Part shown: one piece after another, positions 51,189-64,000 of the stretch
How positions within the stretch are numbered: the first letter of the stretch is position 1
Layout: every line of letters starts with the position of its first letter
Assembly (NCBI GenBank): GCA_023213395.1
Contig: CM041465.1
Span: 86,745,741 to 86,809,740 of the forward strand
Length of the DNA: 64,000 nucleotides
Source of the DNA: Cycas panzhihuaensis
Lineage: Eukaryota > Plantae > Cycadophyta
Reading direction: 5' to 3'
Translations under genes and position numbers: made by a program
The notes under the pieces: generated by a model
The model's database searches: none
Told to the model about the DNA's origin: nothing
The model's input: only the letters and a program-made list of their open reading frames with translations

Positions 51189-54100
51189 TCACACGTAGAA
51201 TTTTTTCAGGAATCTTCCATTGATGGCTTTTGCAAATTTAAGGCCTTCCAAGGTTGCAATCCTGTAAGCACTGTTATGGAGGTCCTTGAGAACGACAAAG
51301 GGTCCAACCCACTTAGGTCCAAACTTAGACAAATGATCATGGAGATATTCTAGCTTGAGGACATGGTCTCTAGGATGCAAAGGACAAGGGCGAAGCCATT
51401 TGTCATATGTTCTTTGCACCCTAGCCTTAGAGGCTAGATTCACTTGGTATGCGATCGAGCGTTTCTCATCAAGGGCTTCAAGGTCTAAGAGATGAGCCTG
51501 ATGGAGAGACTCGTCATTGACAAGACCCCGAATGGAGACCTATAAAGAAGGGATCTCAACTTCAAGTGGGAGGACAACCTTTGTTCCATACACAAGGGAA
51601 AAAAGAGTCATCCCTATAGTTGTGCAGATGGATGTGCGATACGCCCATAAGGTAGAAGAGAGTTAAAGATGCCAATCCCTTTAGGATTAGGTAACAATTT
51701 TCTTTAAAATATTTATAAGGGTTTTGTTAAATGACTTTACTTAGCCATTGGCCTAAGGGTAATAAGGAGAGGAGAATTTGTGAGAAATCTTAAATTTCTC
51801 ACAAAGTTCATCTTTATTGTCTATGATCAAGACATCGGGGACCCCAAACCAACAAATGGTGTGCTAGTATATGAAGGTGGCTATCATCTTGCTAGAAGTG
51901 GAAGATAGAGGGACCACTTCTACCCATTTAGTAAAGTATTCTATTGCAGTTAAGATGAACTTATGCTGCGATGAGGAAGGGGGAGTTATGGCCCTAATGA
52001 GGTCTAGTCCCCATTGTGAGAAGGGTCAGGAAGAGATGATGGGATGTAAATCCTTAGAAGTCAAGTGGGTGATGTCGGCATTCTTTTGATACCGATGACA
52101 CCGCAGGGCATAAGCATAGGCATCCTTGAAAAGGGACGACCAATAATACCCCATACAAAGGATCCTTTGGGCCATGGATTGGCCCCAAAAATGACCCCTG
52201 CAAATTCCATGATGGCATTTGCAAAGTATTTGGCTCGCTTCATCGGGGTTGACACAGCGGAGAAGGATCCCATCAAAGGACCTCTTGTACAAAACTTCTC
52301 CCATAAGGAAATATTGTCTAACAGTCGCTTGAATACATGACCTAACCTTGATGCTTACTTCGGGACAATATTACTGCTTAATGAGGTATCACACAATGTC
52401 CCCATACCACTTGCTATCAGTGAGTGGATGAGGGGAGGAATTCTGAATAGCCAAGATGGGATCGTCGAGCAAGGAATCATCGATAGGAGTGTTAGAAAGG
52501 TTTGGGATAGGGGTATCGGTAAGTTATTCGGCAATTACCATCCATTTTTTTGATTTCCTGTTGACAATTTAGAGATCAAATTACTGAAGGAGGATGACCC
52601 ACTTGCTAGTTCTACTTGTCAGGTTAGATCAGGTTAATAAGTACCTCAAGGGATCATACTGCATGATCACCCGAGTAGTATTTATAAGTAAGTAGTGCAT
52701 GAACTTCTTAGTAGTGTATACCAAGGAGAGGCATTCCTTCTCAGTGGGAAGAATAGTTAAGTTCGACAGCCATGAGGGTGTGATTGATAAAGTAAATGGC
52801 CCTTTCAGTTCCTGAGTCATCCTCTGGGGCTAGCATGGCACCCAAAGATTCATTGGTAACTAAAGTATATAAGATGAAAGGCCTGTTAAAGAGAGGAGGC
52901 ATCAAAGTTGGGGCAGAATCAAGGGCTTCCTTGAGCTCCTCGAAGGCTTGTTGGGCCTTTGCAGACTAAATAAATGAGGCCCCTTTCTTTAACATGTTGG
53001 TAAGGGGCTTCACATTTATGATAAAATTCACCAAGAAATGCCTAAGGAAACCTAACCTACCCAAGAACGACTTGATTTATCATTGGGTTCTAGGAGGTGG
53101 CATGTCAAGGATGACCCTGACTTTATCGGGATCGATTTGAATACCTTGTTTTGAAATAAGGAATCCAAGGAGTTTGCCAACTGTCATAAGAAATACACAT
53201 TTGAGGGGGTTTAGATTTACGTGATGCTTGTGGTATCGTGTGAAGATGGCCCACAAATCGATAGGATGGTGGGCCCTAATGCATGAGAGGCCCATCATAT
53301 CATTTATAAAAACCTCTAAGGTTTTGTTGATAAGGTCATGAAAAACAAATTACATCATCCTTTAATAAGTGGCACCTGCATTCTAAAGCCCAAAGGGCAT
53401 CACTTTATAAGTGAAGGTACCTCAAGGTATAGTGAAGGCCATCTTATGACAGTCTTCAGGGGAGAGTTGTATTTGGTTATATTTTTAGAAGCCGTCCATC
53501 AAGGACATAACTTCAAAACCAACAGTTCGATGGATGATTTGATCGATAAAGGGGAGAGGAAAATTATCCTTAGGACATGCATTATTGATATCATGAAAAT
53601 CAATGCATATCCTAATTGTCCTGTTCTTTTTGGCAATGGGAATAATATCCGATACCCACTTGGGGTAGTTGATGGAAGTAATCAATCCTGCGTCTAGGAG
53701 TTTCTCAACTTCCATCTTGATGGCAGCTAAAAGTTTTGGATGAAGAGAGTGTTGCTTCTGCCACATAGGGCGAGCACCCAGAATAGTGGTGAGATTGTGG
53801 GTGATGATAGAAGGGCCTATCCCCTTCATATCAAAGTAGTCCCATGTGAAAACATCACAGAATTCCTAAAGTAGAAGGGTGTACTCCTTCATTTCATCAG
53901 GAGAACATTCTACTCCCACCTTTATAACTTTGTTGGGGACGAGGACGATGTCCCTAGTTGCCCCCATGCACATGGCATTCCCCTCCTCAAAGTGAAAGGG
54001 GGCTCGTTCAACAGGAGGGTGCGAAGGAGGAATTGGGTTCAGGTAGGCAAGAGGTGACCCAATGGCTAAGATCTTCTAGTGACCAAGCCTATGGTGACTA

Positions 54101-55330
54101 GGAGAGAAATTGGGCATGAAGCTCGCCAAATGCTCAAGCAAAGCCTCATCATTCTCAAAGTAGTCTACCCCATAGATAACCATACTTTGAGAAGACGAGG
54201 GGTGAGAGGTTGAAGGGACGATAAGCCGTAGTGATCGACCCACCACTCAATGTACTCGAGGAACTCTTCAGAAGAGTAAAAAAGAGACTCCTCATGATGG
54301 GTATCGAGAGGGTGCTCCACCCCATTGTTAGAGGGAGGTGATAGGGTGGAAGAAAAGATGGTAGGGGGAGATGCATAATAGGCAAGAGTAAGAACATATG
54401 ACCTAAGAGGAAAATGGGTCTCCTCAAAAGAAGGTATTTCAGGTGGAGGCCTAGAACAGAGAGAGCTTTCCCCATTAGTGTTTAGGAAGGAGATGGGATG
54501 AGGAAGATCCTCATCCTTGCCGTCAGACTCAACATCACTAAAAATAGTGAGATATCAGTAGCTCCCCACACCAATAGGGGCCAAGCAGATGAGATTTGAG
54601 GAAGAAGGGAAAGGACCCTCTTTTAGGCTGGATGAGCCAGGAGTATCGATTGAGCAAGCAAAAGCGTGGGCGGATGGGATCTTATCGCCCTTTGCCTTGT
54701 TGCAAGCTGCTTGACGAGGTTGACGAGATTGCTTGGTGGGAGGAGGCTCTCTAGAGACAACCTTTATTCACCCCTCATGGATGAATTTAAGTTGTCCCCA
54801 ATGGGATAAGCACATGACACCCATTTGGTCGATCCATGGGCATCCTAACAAAAGGTTATAGTCGATGTCAACATTGAGAACTATAATGTCAGTGAGGACA
54901 ATTTTATCCTTGAGAGTGAGTGGAATAGACACCGATCCTAAGGGTGTCTTTTCACTACCGCCGTAGCCTTGACATCACCATGGGACAGGCTTGAGGGCTA
55001 AAATGCCAAGATCTTGCATGATGCACAAGGGCATGGCATTAACATAAGAACCATTATCTATAATAGCCCTTTATAGAGTGTAGTCAGGTGTGTTAATTGT
55101 TATGGTAAAAGGATAGTGCCATTATTGTTTCCTTTCACCGGATGAGGTAAGATCTTTGGGATCAAAGGAGATGACAGGTCCATGACTTGGAGTGACATCC
55201 AAGGCATGAATGGATGCATTAACCAACCTTAAAGCTTCCAAAAGAAGGGTGCATTATTTAGGGTAGCTTCTCAAGATGTTGGAGCTGCGTCTGCGGGATG
55301 GTCACTATACTTGATAGGGATTGAGGTGGT
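51189..55330 (-). pseudogene. pol of element A: protease (~54760-55330), RT (~52990-53830), RNase H (~52500-52990), integrase (51189-~52340)
   Basis: AIIDNGS; WVSDIIPIAKKN..RICIDFHDINNACPKDNFPLPFID; LNPLKCVF..GKLLGF; TEKECLSLV; LYKRSFDGILLRC..HHGIC.GH..GYYW; KFGPKWVGPF..INGRFLKKFYV. Confidence 0.93.
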
Positions 55331-58300
55331 CAACAACTGAAGCTGGGGGGTATGAATGAAGACCTATAAGCAAAAGGGAACACCACACATGGTGTCCGTG
55401 CATTGAAGCGTGAGTTCAGGACCTGTGAATGGTGCCTAGCTACCTCGAAGTAGCTTTTAAGTCTGAGAGGGAAGACACACGCAGGGGTATCCTGGATGGT
55501 CTCAAAGAGGAAGGTCCTCCTACCTTTTGATGGCCGTAAGGGAAGAGGAGGAATCCTCAATAAAGAGGTTCCTATGACAAAGGAACACAAGATGAAAGGG
55601 TATAGGCAAAGGGCCTAGGATGAATGTAGATGGGCTTCCCTAGGCTAATTGGTCTAAGCAAATCTAACCAAGGGAAGGAGTAAAGAAAAAGGGCTAAAAG
55701 CTACTCTCTCTTTCTCTCTCTTTTTCATTCAACAATAAAAGGGCAAGAGAAAAAAGAACAAGCGTCTTGTATGCATTTAAGCAAGCAACTGAATGAAGTG
55801 CAACTATGGGTACTTTCAAGTTAGATTAGAGAAAGGGGAGGAATGGAGTCCTTACTATGCCCTCTTCCTATGAGGAACAAGCATATAACATACTTATGCA
55901 AAATAAATGTAAGTAGTTAATTTATTATCTTTTTTGCTTTTACGTGATTTATTAAACAAATGCAATAGATTTTAGATAAGAACAAAAAAAGGGGAAAGGG
56001 CGGATAGAGAGGGATGATGCGTACTTAGGAAGTGTAGCGATTGATGGAGAGCCTCACTTGTGTGCAACGTACACCCTCTCACCAATAGTTGGTGCGTGAC
56101 CAAGGTTGGTGTGGAAAATAGGGGCTTCCTTACCTTCCCCTTATAAAAGACAAAGCAAAATGGAAAAGCAAGGAAAGCAAGTAAACGTACCAAGAAGCAA
56201 GCAAAGAGAAAGAGAAAAGAAGGGTAAAGGCTTACCCGAAGTCAAACGTCCTTCCTCTTCACAGATGTTGCTTCAAACCTGCATCCACAAGAGTCTTTCC
56301 CTTCCAAGAAGGGGCTGCAAGAAACTATATATGCAAATATATAATATGAATGCTAAAATGTTATATTTTAGGTTATAGTAACTACTACTGAAAATAATTC
56401 TACTTTCTTCAAAGTAAAACCATGCATACCAAGTAAGAAGGGAAAGGGTAGCCTCAGGAAGGCAAAACCCTCAGCTAAAGGTTCTTCACATAGCTTCAAA
56501 GTACAACAAGGTAAGGGTTATGTGACAGTCTATGGATAACCAATAGGCATGGGGTTGAATGATGTAGGATGTAAGAGAGAAGCTTAGGTAACAGAGTCGC
56601 TCTGGACAGTGAACCGCCATGCAAGTCTCACCGAAGATCTGAATGGATATCAGGCAAGGTTAGGGGCATAGAGAAGGCCCAAAAGAAGGGCGTGCGAGCC
56701 TGGAATCATCGTAGCAAGGGTTACATATGCTGATATCTAGCGCAGGCTAGGATTCCACCCACTCCTAGTTAACTCAAGGAAAGCATGGACGTAAGAGAGG
56801 AAGGATGGGAAGGGGTTTGCCTTTGGGGAGTAGGTCTATCTAAGATAGATCCCACCTTACTTCCTTTGCCTAACCCTTGTGAGCCCTCTCCCGCAACTTT
56901 CTTAAAGAAAACCAGTAGAGAAATAGGATGGAAACCAAGGGATACAGAGCCAAACACAAGGAAAGACAATCCTTACTACAACCAAAGGGCAAAAGAGAAG
57001 GAAAATACACTTTGAAATAAGTTCTAATGGAATAAATACATATTAAATCATGAAAATAAGATAAAGGGTACCTACTGGGCTAAGTTTAGGGAAGATTTAC
57101 CCCTGCAACCAATGAAGGAGAGTAGGTCCTGGAGGGTGTTTCCCAAAGAGGAGTTGTAGAGGACACTTGCTGGGTGGAGTTGAGGAAGAACCAAAGAGAT
57201 CTTGCTTGGAAGTGCTTGGAGGAGGGTCTCCCACCATGAAACAGAGCTATTGTAGGCGGATCTTAAGCTAGAACAGTAGAAAACATAGAGTTGTAGGTGC
57301 ACCTGTGGAGGAGAGGAGGAAGAAAGCAGAAATACAGCAGTAAAATGTGACGTTTGAGAGCCAAGAGATGTGAAATGATAAACTTTTTGGGATTTATACT
57401 CATCTCAACCCTAATCGAGCGATTAGGGTGCAAATAGGGTCGAGTTGGTCCCTTGTCCACATGGTAATTCCGTGAAAACAATAAGAATTGCCATGGCAGA
57501 TTAAAAAACAAAGTGCAACAGTTGCACCGTAGTAAACTTTGTGGTATCGCTTAGTTTACAGCGGTGCGAGACTAGAATGCCAAAATGGTAATGGTTCAGG
57601 TTCTGGGAGCCCTAAAAGAGGTGTGGTAGGCCAAGGAGGGGGCTAGCCCTCCTGTCCAAGTGGCTGGGGATAGTCCAGGTGATGTGAGAACTAGACCAAA
57701 TGAGGCATCAGGGGTTAGAATTCCCAGAAAGGTCGTGATAGGGAAATAAGATTAGGGTATGAATGGGTCATACAAGTCAAGTGAGGCTTGAGGTGATGTG
57801 GAGGTGGCACGGAGGGTCGTAAGGTGCCATGGGGATGCCTACCTTATGGAAAGATAGGTCCCGCGGGTCATCATAGGCTAACAATATGATAAGCAGCATG
57901 ATCAAGCAATGGATATAAGGCGATCATACAAATGAAGTAATCAATTGTGCAATGAGGCAATGCTTCTATCTACCTTTCCAAAGAAACAATAAAAGTGAAA
58001 AGGGAGAAGCATAATTGTGCTTACCTAAGTCAACTTGTCTATATCCATTCCTGGTAGCTAGGAAACACTACCCCCTTGGCAGCAGAGCCTCGCCACTCAG
58101 AAGCATGGTGCGATGGCAAATGCTGGCAACAAACTGTCAGTAGCACATATATATATATATATATCGATCATGATCACAATAAAAGTCAAGGGTATCGATG
58201 AGTGTCATGGTGGAATGTATGGATATAAGGATAAGGGTGGAGACAACATAGGGGCTGCCTATGTGCCACCTGAAAATCGATTGGAAGCTATGACGGATGA

Positions 58301-58489
58301 GAGGGATGCCCCCATCGTAAGAGTGCAAAGAGAAATGCATGATGATATCAGGAGGAAAGGGTAAATGAGCAAACTTGATAGTCACTATAGTTTAACCTCA
58401 TTAGCGGCTAGCTTTCAGAGTTGTGAATGGATCACAGAGTGAGATGCAAGATGGCCCAAGACTTGGGCACAAGGTGACCAGACAAGTCT

Positions 58490-58925
58490 CTCAAGGGTGG
58501 TCAACAAGAAGAGGAAGGCAACACTTAAGGATGAGGTGAACGAGGTTGTCTACCTCAGCGTTGAGGGCCCGAGGGATGTGTCAGATGTTGACAGACTAAA
58601 AACCAGCTGAAAACCAGCCAATAGGGACGTAGCAGTTGAAGCGAGAGCTCTCACACATAGGCATCGCACTTGATAAACTTGGGTAAGATGGGACGCCACC
58701 ACCTGGGAGTCGCAAAGAAGAACAATAGATCTATGGTGAAAGCAGAGTGCATTAGTGAGGGCTTCAATAATGGCCATGTACTCAGCTTCGTTATTGGTGG
58801 CCTCGGGGAGGAAGATTCCGGAACATAAAAAATCATATCCGGAAGGGTCACAAAGAATCCATATGGCGGCAGAGGGATCAGGATTACCGCGGCTTCTGTC
58901 GTCGGTGAAAATGAAGAGAGTCATG
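58490..58925 (-). pseudogene. aRH of element B
   Basis: FIFTDDRSRGNPDP..EATNNEAEYMAIIEAL..LCDSQVVASHL. Confidence 0.9.
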
Positions 58926-59759
58926 GAGGAGAAAAGAAAGTGTCTCAGTAGAGAAAATGTATAATAGAGTTGGAGTCCAAGCAAAAGATGCTCGTATGGC
59001 TGGCAATGGTGGCCGTGAAGGGTAGGAGGACCTAGCAATGAGGTTACCCAAGGACAGGAGTAGGCTATCTGACCACTGGCAGAGAGCAGGCAGCGAAACG
59101 GGTACCCTGGGATGCCAAAGGTTACTTAAGAAAGCAAAGAGTGACCCTAAACGGGGGGAGCATTCCTTTTGGAGACCCCAGAGGCATGAACGGGTTGTAA
59201 AAACGAGTCTAGGATGGTGAAACGAGCCAAATGAGTATAAACTTAGGCATGCACGAGAGTAGCATGCAAAACGAGACCTAGTGAGTGGATCGTTGAAACC
59301 CTGTCCCATCTTGTGATTTAAAGTTCGTTGCTTTTTAATGCTTTTTAGTGTAGTTTTGGGCCCCATAAGGGCGAGAAATGATCTTCCGGAGTCCAAACTG
59401 GACCTAGAGAGAGGCGGGATTGGGGCATTAGGTAGCCCTGGGCCTAGTGGGCCTGGCTGTGGCTCGCTTTAGAAAATTTTTTGAGTTTTTTGGGTGGGAA
59501 ACCTCCCTTTTTGGGGTGATATTCAACGATGGTAGATTGTGGTGAAGCGATCTTTACCGTGGGGCCCCGATTACCATGGGACCCGTGTCAAACTTCGCAG
59601 TACCATGAAGTTTAGCATGGTGCGAAGGCAGAACTGATGAAAAATAAAGATGGGGGCCCAAGGGTCCCCAAATCTTAATTGAATGAGGCTGAGAGACAGT
59701 CCAGAGGATATGGGTATGAGTGTGAGTCAGGGTATGACTTGTTTCATGGTGTTTTACAG

Positions 59760-61620
59760 GTGGTGATTGCGGTAGAGAACCACGAGAATATAAGTATGGC
59801 CATGTTGAGTTTCATAGAGATGATGACTTGTGAGGACATGCAGATCTTGGCGAGGTATGGCCTAATGAAGGTCACAAGGACGCCTCAATACATGTCAGAC
59901 TAAAGGCTTTTAGTAGATATTGTATCTCATTGGGATAGACAGAGGTACATCTTCCATCTACCCTAAGTAGGAGGTGTATCTGTGACACTAGGTGATATTA
60001 GGAGGATACTGGAGGTATCGGTGACAGGGAGGCCAGTAATACTAGGAGCGTTGCCTAGCAATGAGGTAATACACAGAGAGGCCTTGGCATTCTTCACAGG
60101 CTTAGATAGGTGGGAGAGGAGAGGTATCCCTCTCCAGAGCATAATGATATCAGGGATTCCTCGTGTGAGGAAGTTGATCACATTATGCGTTTTGTTCTGG
60201 ATATCCCTGAAACAGAACTATAAGGACATACCGGGCGACTGAATGGATGGGGTACAGAGATGTGAGGCCAGGGAGAGATTGGATTGGGCTACCCTCATAG
60301 CGATGAACCTCGTCGCGTATCTAGATGCTATTCAGATAGCAGGGAAGGGTGGTTTATCGTATAATACCCTTCTACAATGCTAATTTTTTGACCATTCGAA
60401 GCAGTGGTGCCGACAGAGGGACCACACTCCATCTCAGAGTGGGCCCCCATGGTACATAAGTGGCAGACTAGATTCAGGGGGACCGAGGACCATGCACACA
60501 TCCGTCACTCAGTGGAGGCCATATCACTGGACCTCCTCACCATGACTGACAATATATCAGACCCATACAGAGTGGTGAGGTGGGACAACGATGATGAGGT
60601 AGGTGGGGCAGTAGTAGCCCCAGGAGATAATGGTAGAGATGGAGGTGACGGAGGTGATGGGGTTGTCCCATCACGAGCTGCAGAAGAGGCAGGTCCATCA
60701 GGGACCACGGGTGGAGAGGCAGGTCCGTCAGGGACCGCAGGAGGAGAGGTAGGTCCCTCAGGACCTGCGGAGGAGAGTAGGGACCCGGTGACACCAGCCT
60801 ATAGGTTGCAGATCGTGCAAAGATCTAGAGAGGTAGTGACACTAAAAGAGGAGAGGAGGGACGCCCTAGTAGCTGAGGCGGTGGCCGAGTAGGTACTAGA
60901 GGAGGAGGAGGTACTTGGCGGTGGAGTGCACAGGGTGAGAGGTCCACCTAAGTTAAGGAGCTGACGGCCGCACCAGGTGAGACATGACCTTCTCCTGTCA
61001 TCGTTTGATTGCCAGATGTATATATGTTATTTGATTTTGGTTTGACATGCTTATGGACATGTACAGACATGTGATGTGCTAGATTTGCAAGTATAGTAGA
61101 TATCCAAAGATTAGTGGAGGTGGTAGTCTAGGAGATGTTCCCCCAGGCCTATGCGGAGGGGCAACCTCCCATCTAGGCAGGTGACGAGCCCATATCGACA
61201 GGCGCCCATATGGCAGCATTTGCCCCATTGGTGAGGGCGAGAGATGTATGGATTACAGAGTCCCATGAGTACGAGGCATATGCGGGACGCCTTCAGGCAG
61301 AGCTAGATACAACTCGAGCTAAAAGGGATGCTCTACAGAGTCAGGTATAGGCACTAGAGGCCTAGGGAGGAGCCAGAGAGGATGCAGAGAGCCACATCCA
61401 ACTAACAGTGATGGAGGAGCATCTCCAGGGGATGGAGAAGAGGCTCCGCAGTGCAGAGTTTGATTGAGATCGTATCCAGGCCTGATACGATCAGTTGGTA
61501 GACGAGGTGGCCTCGAGATTATCGCAGAGCAGGACATATACTCATACAGCGGCGACGACCCCTAAGAGGGGCCTAGGAGGGATGTGGTCCCTAGGAGAGG
61601 GATCACATCGGCCAGGAGAT
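59760..61620 (+). pseudogene. Antisense spliced PMD gene of element B
   Basis: LLVDIVSHWDRQRYIFHLP*VGGVSVTLGDIRRILEV; GPSG repeats; donor CAG|GTGAGA at 60977. Confidence 0.8.
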
Positions 61621-62349
61621 GACGTCCCAGAGGTGAGGCAGTAGTAGAGTAGATTGCAGGAGTTTTTGTTTTAGATAGGGAAAAGCACGAACCTCCAGGG
61701 AGTCACTATATATAGTCACATGATTACACCCTCCCTACAAGGACTCTAGCTTCCCACGGATCATGTACCATGCCAGTTGTATGATACGGCATATGATTTT
61801 TGTTTTTATGTATATAGACAAGGTGATTGATACCCTATTTGATGTATGATAATGTGTATCATAATATGTGATGGATGATATGTATGTTTTTGTTTACATG
61901 TTTATGTATGTATGTGTATGAGGGTGCACAGATGCATGAGGATATGGTTGATGATGTTTTGAGTTGATCATTGTATGATTTTTGTGTTATGATATTTATT
62001 TGAGCTATGTACATTTCCTTTCATGCAGGGCCATATTCCTAGCAGAGGCACATACGATCACCATGAGTAGTGGTGATAGATACATGTGAGGCTAGGAGAT
62101 AGGGCAACACACATGTCCACATGGGAGCATAGCGGGATATGCAAAGGAAATGCCAATAGGAGGGGAGTGATGACACTCCAAAGCGTCATCCTAATTAGGG
62201 GCATTGCCGAAATAGGAGGATAAGGTTCCCAAAGGAATGGGAATAAGGGTTCCACGAGAGGAACTAAAAAGGAAGAAGAGAGCCACCCTAAGTCGTCATT
62301 CTGCCTGTGGCTAGAAGGACAAGCTTATGACGGTAGTTTAAGCTCATTT

Positions 62350-63447
62350 TAGAGCATGGAAGGAATTTCCTGTTAACGGCTTTCTCAAATTTAAGGCCCT
62401 CTAGGGTGGCAATCCTATATGCGTCATTATCGAGACTCTTGAGAATGGCAAAGGGATCGACCCATTTGGGTCTGAATTTGGTCAAGCAATCATGGAGATA
62501 TTCTAGCTTGAGGACATGGTCCCCAGGATACAAAGGACAAGAACGAAGGTGTTTATCATAAGTCCTTTGTGAGCGGGCTTTAGATGCGAGGTTAGCCTGG
62601 TAAGCGGCTAAACGTCTCTCATCCAAGGCTTCGAGGTCTAAGAGATGAGCCTGACAGATAGACTCCTCATCGATAAGACCTCGAAGAGAAACTCATAGAG
62701 AGGGGATCTCCACTTCCAATGGGAGTACTGCCTCAGCCCCGTAAACTAGGGAGAATGGAGTCATTCCCGTAGCAGCATGGATAAAGGTATGATAGGCCCA
62801 TAAGGCGGAAGGGAGCTGGGGGTGCCAATCTCTTTGAGATTGAGCAATGATTTTCTTTAAGATATTGATAAGAGTTTTATTGAATGATTTAACGTGACCA
62901 TTTTCCTTGGGGTAATAAGGGGAAGAGGTTTTATGAGAGATCTTGAATTTCTTATAAAGTTTGTCCATCTCCTTGTTACGAAAAGGGGTTCTATTGTCTA
63001 TAATCAAGACGTTGGGAATCCCAAAGTGGCAAATGATATGCTGGTAGACGAAAGTAGCTATCATCTTGCTAGGGGTAATAATCAAAGGAATAGCTTCTGC
63101 CTATTTTGTGAAGTATTCTATGGCAGTCAAGATGAACTTATGTTGTGACGAAGAGGGCAGTGATATGGTCCCAATGAGGTCTAAACCCGATTGGAACAAG
63201 GGCCATGGTGATACGATAGGATGACGAGCCTCAGAAGATACGTGGGAGATGTTGGCATGCTCTTAACATCGCCAACATCTCAAGGCATAGGCATGGGTGT
63301 CCTTGAAGAGAGATGGCCAATAGTAGCCCATATGAAGGATCCTCTGGGCTATGGATTGGCCCCCAAAGATACCCCCACAAATACTATGGTGGCATTTGTT
63401 AAATATCTAGTCTACTTCGTCGAAAGTGATGCAACAGAGAAGGATCC
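62350..63447 (-). pseudogene. Integrase of element B
   Basis: IICHFGIP..IIDN.TPF..SSPYYPKENG.V.SFNKTL..WAY.T....ATGMTPFSLVYGAEAVLPLEVEIPS. Confidence 0.92.
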
Positions 63448-64000
63448 TATTTCCCAGCTACTGGGAATGGACTCGAGATGCATCGACACAGGTTTGTTCA
63501 GGTATATTTTCTTACTTTTCTTGCCCATGCTTGATTGAGGTTATTTAGAGTAGGTTGATTGACATATGCATGCCTGCACGCATTGCTTTTCTACTTGCTC
63601 ATAATGCATGTGCCTACGGCACGCCTTCAGCCTATGACGACTCACAGCGGGGGCATCCCTCAGTGAATGCTACACCCCGTATGGCGCACAGCCACCCACG
63701 GTGTCTCCACGGTCCTCCGGGATGTTTCCGTCAGCTTTATTTGCTCTTGTTACAACATGTTGCCTATGTTGCAGTCCTTCCTATGTCTGATTTAATCCTT
63801 AGTTAGGACTCTTTGCATTGTTTTGGGTACTTGCCCTTGCACAGGCATTCCTCATCCTGATCGACTCATGTTTAGCCTCTGTTTTTGCCTCAAAACCTGA
63901 TATTTCTGCTCATTTTTCTCTTTTTTTGATTCCAGGCTTATACCGCGGTAAACTTAGCGGTACCACAAAGTTCTTGCAGATCTGAGAATTTACTGCAGAT
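63448..64000 (+). mobile_element. Start of LTR of a related Tat element 'D' inserted into the integrase of B
   Basis: TATTTCCCAGCTACTGGGAATGG matches the LTR start TGTTTCCTAGCTACCAGGAATGG of B in the opposite orientation; interrupts the ..GILLCC codons. Confidence 0.8.

Larger units (their letters stand above)
44945..56562 (-). mobile_element. Tat-type gypsy element 'A' (leader-PR-RT-RH-INT-antisense PMD-aRH-PPT-3'LTR); no gag seen
   Basis: Domains listed separately; PPT CCAAGGGGGTAG 46330-46341; 3' LTR starts TGTTTCTCGG at 46329 and is truncated at ~44945. Confidence 0.85.
56563..63447 (-). mobile_element. Tat-type gypsy element 'B', 3' half (INT-antisense PMD-aRH-PPT-3'LTR 56563-58067)
   Basis: Collinear homologue of 44945-52300; PPT 58068-58079; LTR TGTTTCCTAG...CCTACA (end inferred from similarity to the C LTR end). 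Confidence 0.85.

Noticed and set aside
44945-58067. A single element with LTRs at 44945-46329 and 56563-58067
   Set aside because: The two LTRs are strongly diverged, both follow a PPT, and no PBS follows 56563, so both are 3' LTRs of different elements.

Overview
AT-rich, CpG-depleted plant (most likely gymnosperm) intergenic DNA made of nested, decayed retroelements; no intact protein-coding host gene is evident. Contents: (i) four to five related Ty3/gypsy Tat-type LTR elements (labelled C ~6.4-18.2 kb, A ~44.9-56.6 kb, B 56.6-63.4 kb, start of D at 63.4 kb, plus a leader fragment at 1-1.17 kb). A, B and C share an LTR start, PPT, a 3'-located additional RNase H (aRH) and a spliced antisense plant-mobile-domain (PMD) gene. 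C has gag+protease but no RT/RH/INT core, whereas A has PR-RT-RH-INT with no gag upstream, suggesting complementary partners. (ii) An RT-less endogenous caulimovirid split by a non-autonomous Copia-type LTR element that carries host gene fragments (LRR receptor, DUF538). (iii) A decayed full-length L1 LINE and a truncated LINE with a TSD. (iv) A processed XBAT33-like pseudogene. (v) The most likely functional host locus: a minus-strand bicistronic MIR482/2118-like precursor at ~38.25-38.54 kb whose predicted 22-nt miRNAs are antisense to NB-LRR P-loop codons (GLGGTGKT and GMGGIGKT). All alignments, translations and folds were done by eye; boundaries are approximate unless a terminal motif is quoted.
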